A DNA stretch of 64,000 nt from an uncultured candidatus Porisulfidus sp. (GCA_965214545.1 OZ243950.1:1478440-1542439); one strand, 5' to 3'; positions 18,304 through 28,697 are shown, numbered from the stretch's first letter. Numbers and translations are program-made. Notes: generated from the sequence alone by a model not told the origin.

Positions 18304-19548
18304 TCAATCAGGATCTGCGGCCTCTTCCCTGATATCCAGTTTTTTTCGCCTCCAGAACTCCAGCAGAGGGGCCTGGACCAGGACGGAGAACAACACGACT
18401 CCGAAACCGATGGACTCGATGGTCCACCAGTAATCGAGCGTGATCGGCACGCTCAGTGCCAATCCCACGGCGACGGCGCCACGGGCGTTGCTGAAGTAGA
18501 GAATGTTGCGCCCGGGCAGGTTTTTCAGCGCCTTGTTCGACCGGGTCAGCAAGGGCATGACGAGGGTGAGCCCGGCAATGCGGGCCAGGAGTACCGCACC
18601 GATGGCGATCAGAATGGCCAGCCAGCGTTCGGAGAACATGGTCATCGAGATGCTCAACCCGAGCATCAGGAACAGCATGGATTCGGTCAGGGTGGCCATG
18701 AGGCGCCAGAACTCGTCCACGAAGTGATCCTGTGGCGCGTCCAGATCCTGGTGCATGGTGCGGCCCATGATCAGCGCCGTCGCCAGCACGGACAAGACGC
18801 CGGAGGCATGGAGCACATGGTCCGCGACCAGGTAGGCCATGTAGGCGGTGACCAGGGTGAACAGGGCCACTTCGTGGGGGGAAGGCTGGCGCACCCGCAG
18901 AAAGATCAGGGCGAAAAAGCCGATCGCCACGCCGATGATGGCGCCGCCGAACACTTGCCAGAGGATATACAGCGCGATCTCTCCCGGCGCGAGGGCCAGG
19001 TCGGGTTCCAGGGCGAACGCCAGCAGGAGGGTGAACAGCACGATGGCGAATGCGTTGTTGAGCAGGCCCTCGCCGCGGATCAGCGTCCGCAGGTCTGCAG
19101 GAAGATTCAGATGCGCGAAGACCTGCTGAAGCGCCTGGCTGGTGGTGGCGGTCAGCAGGGTGCCGGCCAGCAGCGCCGCGATCCACGGGAATCCGTCCGG
19201 ATGGCCCATGCCGTAATAGATCAGCACGGTGCTGAACACCAGGGAGATCAGCGCCAAGGGCAGCGCCAACAGGATGATGCCCAGGAGGTTTCGCCCGAAT
19301 CGCGGCACATCCATGCTGTAGGCGGCGGAAAAGACCAGGACCGGCAGGAACACGTAGAAGACCAGGTCGCGCAAGATGCCGCCGTGCAGGCCCACTTCGC
19401 CGGCATCCACGACCCAATTGCTGAAGGCGAAGCCCAACAGGAGCAACAGCGCCTCGAACGGGAATTTCAGGCGGCTGGCCAGAGGCTTCAGCACCAGGCC
19501 CAGCAGCAGCAGGCCGGCGAGGCTCGAAATCGGGACGACCAGGTCCAT
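18304..19548 (-). CDS. nhaP: Na+(K+)/H+ antiporter, CPA1 family (NhaP-type)
   Basis: 414 aa, ~12 TM, typical CPA1 exchanger helices. Confidence 0.7.
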   Translation of the reverse strand: MDLVVPISSLAGLLLLGLVLKPLASRLKFPFEALLLLLGFAFSNWVVDAGEVGLHGGILRDLVFYVFLPVLVFSAAYSMDVPRFGRNLLGIILLALPLALISLVFSTVLIYYGMGHPDGFPWIAALLAGTLLTATTSQALQQVFAHLNLPADLRTLIRGEGLLNNAFAIVLFTLLLAFALEPDLALAPGEIALYILWQVFGGAIIGVAIGFFALIFLRVRQPSPHEVALFTLVTAYMAYLVADHVLHASGVLSVLATALIMGRTMHQDLDAPQDHFVDEFWRLMATLTESMLFLMLGLSISMTMFSERWLAILIAIGAVLLARIAGLTLVMPLLTRSNKALKNLPGRNILYFSNARGAVAVGLALSVPITLDYWWTIESIGFGVVLFSVLVQAPLLEFWRRKKLDIREEAADPD

Positions 19549-19555
19549 GGGGGAT

Positions 19556-21067
19556 TCAGGCCATGCGCCCCGGCACCGGATACAGCTCGTGCAACGAGAC
19601 GCTCAGGCCGTCCGGCTGCACGATGCGCGCGTGGGTCCGGTCCAGCGCGCGCGGGTGGGCCACGCCGCAGGAATGCGCGATCATGGCGACTTCCGCCTCC
19701 ATGTTTCGGGCCAGGTGGGCGACCCGGACGGACTTGTCCGCCGGGTTCAGGCCTTGTTGCAGCCGCGGGTTGTGGGTGGTGACGCCGGTGGGGCAGGTGT
19801 TGCGGTTGCACTGCATGGCCTGGATGCAGCCGAGCGCGAACATGAACGCGCGCGCCGAGCAGATGAAGTCTGCACCCAGGCACAGCGCCCAGGCCACGTC
19901 GGAGGGATTGACCTGCTTGCCGGACGCGATGACGCGCACGCGTTCGCGCAGGCCGCCCTGTTGCAGGCGGTCGACCGCCATCGGCAGGCTTTCGCGCAGC
20001 GGCAGCCCGACCGCGTCGAGCAACGGCATGGGGGCGGCGCCACTGCCGCCGTCGCAGCCGTCGACCGTGATGAAGTCGGGTGCGGAGGCCGGTCCCCGCC
20101 GCAGGATTTCCTCGATCCAGTCATCCAGGAGCCGCTCGGAGCCGATCACGGTCTTGAAGCCGACCGGCTTTCCGGTCAGGTCGCGGATGCGGGCCACCAT
20201 GTCGAGCAGTTCCGAGGGATTGCCGATGTCCGGGTGCCGACGGGGACTGTACGAGGCTTGGCCTTGCGGAATGCCGCGAGCGCGGGCGATGTCCGCCGTG
20301 ACCTTGACGCGCGGAAGGATGCCCCCGATGCCGGGTTTTGCCCCCTGGGAGAGTTTGATCTCGAACATGCGCACCTGCGGGGTTTCGGCCAGTTCCCGCA
20401 GCCGTGCATCCGACAGGTTGCCGTGCTCGTCGCGCACGCCGTACTTGGCGGTGCCGATTTGAAAGACCAGGTCGCAATCGCCCTCCAGGTGGTACGGAGA
20501 CAGCCCGCCCTCGCCGGTGTTGAGCCAGCACCCCGCCCGGCCGGCGCCGCGCGACAGCGCCTGGACGGCGACGTTCGAGATGGCCCCGTAGCTCATGCCC
20601 GAGATGTGGAAGAAGTGTTCGCTGGAATAGGGTTCGGCGGTGTCCGGGCCGATAGTCAGCGGCGGCGCGTCGGTGTCGGATTTCCCGAGGTCCGGATAGG
20701 GGGCGTTGACGAACAGGACGGTGCCGGGGCGCGTCAGGTCTCGGGTCGAGCCGAAGGGCAGGGTGTTGGCGATGTTCTTGCTGGCGCGGTAGATCCAGGA
20801 CCGCTGCGCCCGGTTGAACGGCATCTCTTCGCGGTCCATGGCGAAGAAGTACTGGCGGAAGAATTCGCCGAGATGCTCGAACCAGTACCGGAAGCGGCCG
20901 ATGACGGGGTAGTTGCGGCGTACCGCGTGGCGGGTCTGCGTGACGTCGATGATGAACAGCACCATCGCGGCCAGGATGAGCAAGCCGATGCCGAACAGCA
21001 GGACCGAGGCCAGCACGTCCACGGCACCGAGCAGTAGATCCATGGAAACTGGTGTTATGTCTCGCAT
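19556..21067 (-). CDS. FMN-binding glutamate-synthase-domain family protein (GltS central domain homolog), N-terminal membrane anchor
   Basis: Glu_synthase (GltB domain 2) motifs: ISGMSYGAIS, GEGG, VDGCDGGSGAAP. N-terminal TM helix. Confidence 0.65.
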   Translation of the reverse strand: MRDITPVSMDLLLGAVDVLASVLLFGIGLLILAAMVLFIIDVTQTRHAVRRNYPVIGRFRYWFEHLGEFFRQYFFAMDREEMPFNRAQRSWIYRASKNIANTLPFGSTRDLTRPGTVLFVNAPYPDLGKSDTDAPPLTIGPDTAEPYSSEHFFHISGMSYGAISNVAVQALSRGAGRAGCWLNTGEGGLSPYHLEGDCDLVFQIGTAKYGVRDEHGNLSDARLRELAETPQVRMFEIKLSQGAKPGIGGILPRVKVTADIARARGIPQGQASYSPRRHPDIGNPSELLDMVARIRDLTGKPVGFKTVIGSERLLDDWIEEILRRGPASAPDFITVDGCDGGSGAAPMPLLDAVGLPLRESLPMAVDRLQQGGLRERVRVIASGKQVNPSDVAWALCLGADFICSARAFMFALGCIQAMQCNRNTCPTGVTTHNPRLQQGLNPADKSVRVAHLARNMEAEVAMIAHSCGVAHPRALDRTHARIVQPDGLSVSLHELYPVPGRMA

Positions 21068-21125
21068 CCGTACCTCCCGATGGATTCCCCAAAGGAGTGG
21101 GTATTCACGGTTGGTCTCTGGATCC

Positions 21126-24100
21126 TCAGTGTAGCACCGAGCCGGCCAGTTCCTGCGCCCGGCGCAGGTCCGGCTTGCCGCTGCCGAGCAGCGGCAGGGC
21201 CTCGACCGGTAGGATCAGCCGCGGCCGCGCCAGCTCGCCCACGCCCCGCTCTCCCAGGGCCTGCCGCAACCGGCCGCGGTCCGGTTCGGGGTGCTCGGTA
21301 ATCAGGACCAGTTGCTCGCCGCGGGTGGGGTGGGCGATCGCGCAGACGATGTGGCGGGATTCCGGCCAGACCTCGCTGACCTGCTGTTCCACGTAGGCGA
21401 GCGAAACCATCTCGCCGCCGATCTTGGCGAAGCGCTTGGCTCGGCCGCGCAGGCTCAGGAATCCGTCCGCGTCGAACTCGGCGACGTCGCCGGTGTCGTG
21501 CCAGCCGTCCTCCGGAGGGGTCAGCAGCCGGTCCTCCCCCGGCATCCAGTAGCCGGACATCACGTTCGGGCCGCGCAGGAACAACCGGCCGCGGGCTGCC
21601 GGGCCGTCGGTCTCCCCGGGGGCGTCCAGCGCCTCGAAGCGCGCCTCGATGCCTGGCATCAGGCGGCCGACCGAGCCGGGCCGGTTGCACGGGACCGTGT
21701 TGACGCTGACGGCGGGCGAGGTTTCGGTCACGCCGTAGCCTTCGTGGACGGTCAGGCCGAAACGCTCCTGCCAGAATTTCCGGGTGCCCGGCTTGAGGGG
21801 TTCGGCGCCCGCCACGACCAGGCGCAGACTGCGCAGGTCGTCCGGGCGTGCCGCTTGCCCGTAGCCGTTCAGGAAGGTGTCCGTGGAGAAGAATACGGTC
21901 ATACCGTGCTTGCGGATCAGTTCGGGAATCTGTTTGTAGTGCAGCGGGCTGGGGTACAAGGTGCAGCGCAACCCGGCCATCAGCGGCAGCAGCAGGCCGA
22001 CGCCCAGGGCGAACGAGTGGAACGTGGGCAGACACAGCAGCAGGTGGTCCCGGGGGCTGAGGCTCAGCACCGCGCGGACCTGGCACCGGTTGCGTTGCAG
22101 GTTCCGGTGGCTCAGCACGACCCCCTTGGGTTCGCCCTCCGACCCGGAGGTAAACAGTACGACGGCGGGATCCGACGGGTCACCGGCCGGCGGCGGGCGC
22201 TGGGCCCGCCAGGCGGCCTTGAGTTTCATGCCGAGGGTCAGTTGCGGCCTGAGGTCTTCCAACCACAGCAGGGTGCGGTGTTCGGCCAGGGCGTCGGTCA
22301 GGCCTCCGAGTTCGGCCTTCTCGATGAACCGGCGGGAGGTCACGATGTGGGTCAGCCCGGCCGTGCGGCAGGCACTGGCGACATTGGCCGGCCCGGCGGT
22401 GTAGTTGAGCATGACCGGGATGCGGCGAAGCGTGTGCAGGGCGAAAAAAGTGATCGGGGTGGCCGCCGCGTTCGGCAGCAGGATGCCGACCGTGTCCTGA
22501 CCCTTCGGCAGGGCGCGCCCCAGCAGTTGGGCGACGGCGTGAATCGCCTGGAGCAGCTGACGGTAGGTCAGGGTCCGTTCCAGGTCGGCCAGGATCGGGC
22601 GGCCGCCCCCGAATCTTCGGGCTGCATCGTACAGGGACTGCAAGGTCGTGCATTCCTGGCAGTGCATCCGGTATTCCAGTTCACACAGCAGGTCGTAGAT
22701 CTTGAGGGCATCGCTGCGCAGGGTCTCCGGCTCGTCGGCCGCGCGGGGCGGCAGCGGACAGCTTTCGAAGCCGACCCGGATGCGCGGATACGGGCGGGGC
22801 ATGTAAAGTTCCGGGTCGCTGACGGATGCGACCGCGACGGGGCGGCCGGACCGGCCCCGGGCGGCCTGCATTAATCCCAGCAGCGCCGCTTCGCCCTCGG
22901 CGCCGTCGGGGGGCAGGACCAGCACGGTCCGGGCCGGCTCGTTCGGATGACCGGGCCCTGCGTCGCCCAGAGCGGCCGGGTCCAGCGGTTTCAGGCGGAC
23001 CCAGCAGGCAAGCAGCCGCAGGCTCGCGCGGCGCCGCAGCGCGGGAGCCACGTGGATTTCGAGTTTTCCGGGGATGGTGGCGGCCAATGCCCAGGCGATC
23101 CAGGCGCTTCCACGCCGGACGAAGACCAGCGAGCCCGGTGGCGGCGTCTCCGTGGTCAAGGCCACGGACGCGACCGGCCACAGCAGGACATGGCGGAAGC
23201 TGCCCTGCGTGAAATGCAGCAGCAGCAGCGCCGCCGCGAACGCGGTGGCGGCCATCGCCCCCCACACGGTGACGATCGTGCCACCGGACTGAAAAATGAC
23301 GATGGACGTCACCGAGGCCAGCGCCATGAAGATGGAATTGAGGATGTTGTTGCAGGCGATGGTCCGCGCGCGCCGGTCCTCCGGTGCCCGCTGTTGCACC
23401 AGGGTGTACAGGGGCGTGACGTAGAACCCGCCCGCCACGGCCAGGGCCAGCAGGAGGCCGAGGGCGGTGACGGCCTGCGGGTCCTCCAGCAGGGCGGCGA
23501 ATCCGCGAAGCGGGACCTCGGCCGGGGGGACAAGGCCGAGCAGCACGAAGCCGATTCCCAGGACCGCGGCCGAGATCGGCGCCAGGGTCGCCCGCGCCGT
23601 GCCGCCGAGCCAGCGGTTGCACAGCAGGGCGCCGAGCCCGATGCCGACGGTGAAGATCGCCAGTGCGCCCGCCAGGGCCTGCGCGTTGCCGGCCAGCACG
23701 TCCCGCACGAACAACGGCAGCTGGATCAGCATGCCGACCCCGATCATCCAGAACCAGCTGATGGCCAGCATCAGCCAGGTCAGCCGGGGCTGGGCCAGGC
23801 CTTCGCGCACGATCTGCGCGGTTTCGCTGAACGGCTCGAACGAGAGTTGCAAGCCGGTGCTGACAGGGGCTTGCGCGGGAATCCGGTGACTGGCCAGGGT
23901 GCCGGCGACGGCACTGATCACCAGGATGCCGGGAACCCACAGGGCGGCGTCGGGGATGCCCATGACGAGCGTCCCGGTCAGGCTCCCGGCGAGGATGGAA
24001 ATGAATGTGCCGACCGCGACCCAGGCGTTGCCGGCCAGCAATTCGGCGCGGGGCAGCAGGCTCGGCAGGATGGCGTACTTCACCGGCCCGAACAGGGCGG

Positions 24101-24464
24101 ATTGCAGTCCGGTCAGGAACAGCACGACGAACAGGAAGCCGACGGACCCGGTGGCAAAACCGATCCAGGTCAGCGCCATCAGGGCGCATTCCGCCAGCTT
24201 GATGTGCTGGATCAGGCGGTGCCGCGGGAAATGATCCGCCAGTTTTCCGCCCAGGGCGGAGAACAGCAGGAACGGAAGCAGGAAGATCCCGGCGGAGGCG
24301 GCGACCAGCTCTTCACTGCCGAACCCGGCCAGTTCGGTGATGCGGTAGGTGATCAGGACGACCAGCGCGTTGCGGAAGACGTTGTCGTTGTAGGCCCCGG
24401 TCAGTTGGGTGAAGAAAAAGGGCCCCAGCCGCCGTGTCAGTAACAGACGGAAGGTCGAAGGCAT
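21126..24464 (-). CDS. aas: Fused lysophospholipid transporter LplT (MFS) + 2-acylglycerophosphoethanolamine acyltransferase / acyl-ACP synthetase Aas
   Basis: 1112 aa. N-terminal ~400 aa MFS (12 TM), central PlsC-type acyltransferase region, C-terminal AMP-binding domain (TSGSEGEPKGVVLSHRNL, GYGVTET). In E. coli these are separate adjacent genes, lplT-aas. Confidence 0.7.
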   Translation of the reverse strand: MPSTFRLLLTRRLGPFFFTQLTGAYNDNVFRNALVVLITYRITELAGFGSEELVAASAGIFLLPFLLFSALGGKLADHFPRHRLIQHIKLAECALMALTWIGFATGSVGFLFVVLFLTGLQSALFGPVKYAILPSLLPRAELLAGNAWVAVGTFISILAGSLTGTLVMGIPDAALWVPGILVISAVAGTLASHRIPAQAPVSTGLQLSFEPFSETAQIVREGLAQPRLTWLMLAISWFWMIGVGMLIQLPLFVRDVLAGNAQALAGALAIFTVGIGLGALLCNRWLGGTARATLAPISAAVLGIGFVLLGLVPPAEVPLRGFAALLEDPQAVTALGLLLALAVAGGFYVTPLYTLVQQRAPEDRRARTIACNNILNSIFMALASVTSIVIFQSGGTIVTVWGAMAATAFAAALLLLHFTQGSFRHVLLWPVASVALTTETPPPGSLVFVRRGSAWIAWALAATIPGKLEIHVAPALRRRASLRLLACWVRLKPLDPAALGDAGPGHPNEPARTVLVLPPDGAEGEAALLGLMQAARGRSGRPVAVASVSDPELYMPRPYPRIRVGFESCPLPPRAADEPETLRSDALKIYDLLCELEYRMHCQECTTLQSLYDAARRFGGGRPILADLERTLTYRQLLQAIHAVAQLLGRALPKGQDTVGILLPNAAATPITFFALHTLRRIPVMLNYTAGPANVASACRTAGLTHIVTSRRFIEKAELGGLTDALAEHRTLLWLEDLRPQLTLGMKLKAAWRAQRPPPAGDPSDPAVVLFTSGSEGEPKGVVLSHRNLQRNRCQVRAVLSLSPRDHLLLCLPTFHSFALGVGLLLPLMAGLRCTLYPSPLHYKQIPELIRKHGMTVFFSTDTFLNGYGQAARPDDLRSLRLVVAGAEPLKPGTRKFWQERFGLTVHEGYGVTETSPAVSVNTVPCNRPGSVGRLMPGIEARFEALDAPGETDGPAARGRLFLRGPNVMSGYWMPGEDRLLTPPEDGWHDTGDVAEFDADGFLSLRGRAKRFAKIGGEMVSLAYVEQQVSEVWPESRHIVCAIAHPTRGEQLVLITEHPEPDRGRLRQALGERGVGELARPRLILPVEALPLLGSGKPDLRRAQELAGSVLH

Positions 24465-24479
24465 TGGCGGGGTCGGGGT

Positions 24480-24950
24480 TTACAGGCGGGTCGGATTTTC
24501 AGCGTCGCCGTAGACCTCTTCGGGGTCGAAGGTTTTTTCACGCTCCAGGTATTCCAGCGCTTCGCCGGCAGACTCCCCGGTGGGCACCCTGCGGTAGAAA
24601 CAGGAGCGGTAGCCGACGTGGCAGCTGGCCCCGGAGCCTTCCACCGTGACGCGCATCCAGACCGTGTCCTGATCGTCGTCGATGCGCAGTTCGCGCACGT
24701 TCTGCACCAGCCCGCTGGTGGCGCCCTTGTGCCACAGGCATTTGCGGCTGCGGCTGTAGTACCAGGCCTCGCCGCTTTGGATGGTCCGTTCCAGCGCCTC
24801 GGCGTTCTGGTAGGCCACCATCAGCACTTCGCCGGACTCGTAGTCGGTGGTGACCACGGGAATCAAGCCGTCGGCATCGAATTTCGGGGCCAGCTGGTCC
24901 CCTTCTTCGACCTGCGCGATGCTCTCCCGGGGAGAAAATAACGATGGCAT
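24480..24950 (-). CDS. hisI: Phosphoribosyl-AMP cyclohydrolase (monofunctional HisI)
   Basis: Internal start MPSLFSP of ORF 24480..25616. [58 protein letters not shown]...DTVWMRV...[11 protein letters not shown] matches HisI. Confidence 0.8.
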   Translation of the reverse strand: MPSLFSPRESIAQVEEGDQLAPKFDADGLIPVVTTDYESGEVLMVAYQNAEALERTIQSGEAWYYSRSRKCLWHKGATSGLVQNVRELRIDDDQDTVWMRVTVEGSGASCHVGYRSCFYRRVPTGESAGEALEYLEREKTFDPEEVYGDAENPTRL

Positions 24951-24981
24951 TTTGTCACGAAAAACGTTTGGTTTGCACAGT

Positions 24982-26355
24982 CTACCGTACCCGCCGCCAG
25001 TGGCTGCCGTCGGCCAGGTCCTCCACCGCGATTCCGGACTCCAGCAAGCGGTCGCGGATGCGGTCGGCCGCCGCGTAATCCCCGCGTTTCCGGACGGCTT
25101 GCCGCTCGGCCAGCAAGGCCTCGATTTCGGCGTCGTCCAGGCTGCCGGCGGGCGCGCCGGCGTGGAACCAGTCCTCGGCCGCGGACCCGAACAGGCCGAG
25201 CAGGCGGGCCCCGGCGCACAGCCGCCGGGCGGCGTCCGTGCGTGGCGCGCCCTGCAGGTGGGCCAGGGCTGCCGCCTCGTGGCGCAGGCGCTGCAGGGCC
25301 AGCGGGGTATTGAGGTCGTCGAGCAGGGCCTGCAGGAATTCTGAATCCGGCTCGGTCCCGTCGGGCTCTGGGCTGCCCGCATCCTGCCAGGCCCGGTACA
25401 GGCGGTCCAGGGTCTGGCGCGCCTGGACGAGCAGCTCATCCGTCCAGTCCAGCGGCTTGCGGTAATGCGCGTGCAGCAGGGCGAGGCGCAGCAGTTCGCC
25501 TGGATGGCGCTCAAGAAGATCCCGGACTTGGCGCACATTGCCGACAGACTTGGCCATTTTTTCGCCGTCGACCGTGACGTAGCCGTTGTGCATCCAGTGC
25601 CGGACGAACGATTCACCGGGATACGCGCAACAACTCTGCGCCCGCTCGTTTTCGTGATGCGGGAAGACCAGGTCCTGGCCGCCGCCGTGGATGTCGATGG
25701 TCGGGCCGAGGTGATGCGCGATCATGCACGAGCATTCCAGGTGCCAGCCCGGCCGGCCTCGCCCGAACGGGCTGTCCCAGCCCGGCTGTTGCGGCGTCGA
25801 GGGTTTCCACAACACGAAATCCGCCGGATTGCGCTTGTAGTCGGCCACCTCCACCCGGGCTCCGGCCTGCAGGTCTTCCACCCGCCGCCCGGACAGTTTG
25901 CCGTAGCCGTCGAAGCGGTCCACCGCGAACAGGATATGCCCGTCCGATTCATAGGCGTGCCCCGAATCCAACAGGGTCCGGATCATCTCCAGCATGGCCG
26001 GGAGGGTCTCGGTGGCGCGCGGTTCCAGGTCGACCTCCAGCCCCCCGAGGGCCGCGCACACCTCGTGAAACGCCTCGATGTAGCGGGCGGTCAGCTCGTC
26101 GTACCGGCACTGCTCCTGTTCGGCCCGATCCAGGATCTTGTCATCGATGTCGGTCAGGTTGCGGGCATAGACCACCTGGGGGTAGAGGCGACGCAGCACG
26201 CGGACCAGGACGTCGAACACGACCAGCGGGCGGGCGTTGCCGATGTGGATGTGGTCGTAGACGGTGGGGCCGCAGACGTACAGGGTGATGCGCTGCGGGT
26301 CCAGCGGCGTGAACGCCACTTTCTTTCGGCTTGCCGTGTCGTGCAGGTGGAGCAT
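24982..26355 (-). CDS. cysS: Cysteine--tRNA ligase
   Basis: HIGN and KMAKS class I motifs. CxxC...C zinc site. Confidence 0.9.
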   Translation of the reverse strand: MLHLHDTASRKKVAFTPLDPQRITLYVCGPTVYDHIHIGNARPLVVFDVLVRVLRRLYPQVVYARNLTDIDDKILDRAEQEQCRYDELTARYIEAFHEVCAALGGLEVDLEPRATETLPAMLEMIRTLLDSGHAYESDGHILFAVDRFDGYGKLSGRRVEDLQAGARVEVADYKRNPADFVLWKPSTPQQPGWDSPFGRGRPGWHLECSCMIAHHLGPTIDIHGGGQDLVFPHHENERAQSCCAYPGESFVRHWMHNGYVTVDGEKMAKSVGNVRQVRDLLERHPGELLRLALLHAHYRKPLDWTDELLVQARQTLDRLYRAWQDAGSPEPDGTEPDSEFLQALLDDLNTPLALQRLRHEAAALAHLQGAPRTDAARRLCAGARLLGLFGSAAEDWFHAGAPAGSLDDAEIEALLAERQAVRKRGDYAAADRIRDRLLESGIAVEDLADGSHWRRVR

Positions 26356-26357
26356 GC

Positions 26358-26681
26358 TCAGTCGCTCAAGCTGCGTTCCTGCAGGTCAATCTCGCGTTGC
26401 TGTTCGCCGACATGCCCGGCCAGGTACAGGGCAATGGTGAGCGCGGCGGCCGTGCCGACCGCCATCGACTGCTGCCAGGCCGAGGCCCCGCCGCTGAGTA
26501 GCCTCAGCAGCCAGAGCAGGCTCAGGTAGGCCAGGTAGAAAAACCAGAAGGCCACCGGCACCAGCGCCGGGTAGGGCGGGTCGCTGAACTGGATCAGGTA
26601 CAGGGCCGCCAGCGCCACGCCTGCGGCCAGCAGGATGACCTGGGACAGGTAATTCGAAATAAGGGAGCGGAAACGGGACAT
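26358..26681 (-). CDS. Small integral membrane protein (3 TM), translationally coupled to cysS
   Basis: 107 aa hydrophobic. Its stop is 2 nt from the cysS ATG. Confidence 0.5.
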   Translation of the reverse strand: MSRFRSLISNYLSQVILLAAGVALAALYLIQFSDPPYPALVPVAFWFFYLAYLSLLWLLRLLSGGASAWQQSMAVGTAAALTIALYLAGHVGEQQREIDLQERSLSD

Positions 26682-26838
26682 CGGGTTGCGGGGCCTGCGG
26701 GCGTCGGACGGTTAATTTTAGAACAGGCCCAGCTTCTCCCCGAGTTTGAAGCCCCGCCTCACGAAGAAGAGGCCGCAGGCCGTGCCCGAATCGGGGCAGT
26801 GTTAAAATGGGGCTTTCTCCAAAAACTGGGCACGACTA

Positions 26839-27030
26839 ATGGATCAAACCTATCGAGACGCGGTCAGCCGCATGGAAGAACTGGGGGTCGACCCCGAGTA
26901 CATTCTCGGCTGGCAGGGTGGTTATCTAGGCCACCCGACACGAGAGGAGCAACGCCTTACCGAAGCCTATCAGGCCGGATTTGAGGATGGCCAGGAAAAG
27001 GAAACCGGTAATTTCGAGAACTGGGCGTAA
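26839..27030 (+). CDS. Small hypothetical protein (63 aa), first gene of the low-GC islet
   Basis: MDQTYRDAVSRMEELGVDPEYILGWQGGYLGHPTREEQRLTEAYQAGFEDGQEKETGNFENWA. GC ~50% against a ~67% background. No recognisable domain. Confidence 0.4.
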   Translation: MDQTYRDAVSRMEELGVDPEYILGWQGGYLGHPTREEQRLTEAYQAGFEDGQEKETGNFENWA

Positions 27031-27056
27031 GCGAAATCCATCATGATCTCGCTGAT

Positions 27057-27389
27057 GTGGTTGTACAGCCAAAAAGCAAAATCAATGGCATCCGTTTAAA
27101 AGAGATGATTCTTTCCACTTTGGATTTGTATCTAAGTGAAGATCGGGTTTCAGCAGAGGTTCTCCAGGGTGAAGCCAAGCGGAGACATGGCGACTATTAC
27201 CAAAGTTTCGGGTACTACCTACGCTTGTACCGTCAACGTGCTGACCTGACGCAGGTAGAACCGGCCGATCGAACGGGTATCCTCCAGCATCATTTGTCTG
27301 AAATGGAGAACAACAAGCGGGTGCTGGGGAAATCGAACGCCATGAAACTGGCGAAAATACTGGATTGTGACTATCGAAGGCTCTTGTAG
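27057..27389 (+). CDS. XRE-family HTH transcriptional regulator with unknown N-terminal extension
   Basis: C-terminal Cro/C1-type HTH: LRLYRQRADLTQVEPADRTGILQHHLSEMENNKRVLGKSNAMKLAKILDCDYRRLL. Confidence 0.6.
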   Translation: MVVQPKSKINGIRLKEMILSTLDLYLSEDRVSAEVLQGEAKRRHGDYYQSFGYYLRLYRQRADLTQVEPADRTGILQHHLSEMENNKRVLGKSNAMKLAKILDCDYRRLL

Positions 27390-27513
27390 GTCTGGTGAGA
27401 AATCCGGGCTAGAGGTGATCCCAGATAGCGACGGGGCAGAATCCTATAACTGGGTGGAAGCCCGGCATTCAGGGATATGGCGGTAATCCGGTCTCGTGCG
27501 TAGACCGGGTGAT

Positions 27514-28077
27514 TCATGTATAGGTTGTGCCGAAGCCCGGTGCCGCAGCTAAAACTTCTTCAACCTGACCGGTGGCCAGTTTCTCCAGAGGTGTCACGGT
27601 TTCTTCAGCAAATGGCCATTCCTGGGAAAGGAAAGCCCAAGCGAGTACAGGGTCATCAATGATTCCCAAGACTTGGGCAAGGCCCGGAACAACCTTGCCC
27701 GGGGCCACAATCTGCGCGGCAGGAATGTTCAGGCCGCGCTTGGTAGATTTCCAGGCAAGCAGCGTTTTTTTTGAGACCCAATCATAGATAGTTGGGCGTG
27801 ATACCTGTAGACGCGCCGCAGCTTTAGAGACTCCGATAGTTTCTTGATCTGCCGGTCGACGGATGACGAACGGCTTGAGTGCTGTGACGATTTCATCGAA
27901 AGCATCATTGGCACGCGCCTCGGATTTGGCAGCGGCTGCCTCCAAAGCAACGGCAACAGCCATAATCGCATCCCGAGGGTGCTGGTGAAGAAAGTTTTCG
28001 GCACTACGTGACAGGACCGGAATTTCGTCTTTAAGAAAACCTGTGACCTGTTTTTCCAGTGCGGTCGCTTCGTCCAT
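27514..28077 (-). CDS. Hypothetical protein with central AlpA/excisionase-type HTH (HTH_17)
   Basis: IGVSKAAARLQVSRPTIYDWVSKKTLLAWKSTKRGLNIPAAQI resembles MerR/AlpA-like HTH. Flanking domains are unknown. Confidence 0.5.
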   Translation of the reverse strand: MDEATALEKQVTGFLKDEIPVLSRSAENFLHQHPRDAIMAVAVALEAAAAKSEARANDAFDEIVTALKPFVIRRPADQETIGVSKAAARLQVSRPTIYDWVSKKTLLAWKSTKRGLNIPAAQIVAPGKVVPGLAQVLGIIDDPVLAWAFLSQEWPFAEETVTPLEKLATGQVEEVLAAAPGFGTTYT

Positions 28078-28130
28078 GGGCTAAATTCCATCATTGCTCC
28101 ACGGGCAAATCATATAAAAAATTCCAATAT

Positions 28131-28157
28131 ATGTAAAGTTTGTAAATAATGTAAACC
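28131..28157 (+). promoter_or_regulatory. Triple direct repeat TGTAAA in the divergent promoter region of the islet
   Basis: aTGTAAAgttTGTAAAtaaTGTAAAcc, between the divergent starts at 28077 and 28260. TATAAT at 28201-28206 and an AGGAG RBS precede ATG 28260. Confidence 0.35.
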
Positions 28158-28259
28158 TATTCATGGGCACTTGGGCTTTCGGCGCACAGGAAAAATGTCT
28201 ATAATGATGCGCCCAAATTAAGCTACAGACTTATTTGGATTTTTATAGGAGAAAAACAA

Positions 28260-28697
28260 ATGGGTGTACAGGCGTTTGATGTGGCTTCTTATATCCTTAA
28301 AAAGTGTGGCACGATGCCCGCCATGAAACTACATAAACTCGTCTATTATTCTCAGGCATGGTCCCTTGTGTGGGATGACAAGCCTATTTTCCATGATCGG
28401 ATTGAAGCATGGGCAAATGGCCCAGTTATTAGGAATTTGTATAACGAACACAAGGGAAGGTTTCGGGTTGGTAGCATAAAGAGCGGCGATTGGAAATTGC
28501 TGGACGTTGATCAACGTGAAACTATTGATGCTGTTCTTGACCATTATGGGGATAAATCTTCACAGTGGCTCAGTGACTTGACCCACATGGAGGCTCCGTG
28601 GAAAGAAGCACGGGCAAAGGCGGGGCTTGCCAGTGGGCAACGTGGAAGCGCATGTATTACCCATGCGTCTATGGCTGAATATTACTCTGGTTTATGA
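28260..28697 (+). CDS. Panacea-domain (DUF4065, SocA/GepA-like) protein, putative antitoxin
   Basis: MKLHKLVYYSQAWSLVWDDKPIFHDRIEAWANGPVIRNLY matches the DUF4065/Panacea core. Confidence 0.6.
   Translation: MGVQAFDVASYILKKCGTMPAMKLHKLVYYSQAWSLVWDDKPIFHDRIEAWANGPVIRNLYNEHKGRFRVGSIKSGDWKLLDVDQRETIDAVLDHYGDKSSQWLSDLTHMEAPWKEARAKAGLASGQRGSACITHASMAEYYSGL

Noticed and set aside
19376-24443. Multiple 300-550-aa ORFs (19376+, 20121-, 21055-, 21291+, 22681-, 22947+) overlapping the GltS-like and lplT-aas genes
   Set aside because: High-GC shadow ORFs with R/G/P/A-rich nonsense translations. The coding frame is established by domain motifs.
24480-25616. Full-length 378-aa ORF on the minus strand
   Set aside because: Only the C-terminal 156 codons (hisI) are real. 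The upstream part overlaps cysS in another frame and is Pro/Arg/Thr-rich with no motifs.
26682-26838. Possible tRNA or att site at the left islet border (GC-rich inverted repeat GCCCCG...CGGGGC)
   Set aside because: No tRNA cloverleaf or T-loop (GTTCGAATC-like) sequence is visible. No matching direct repeat was found at the right border (29143-29152) by eye. Left as unresolved rather than called.
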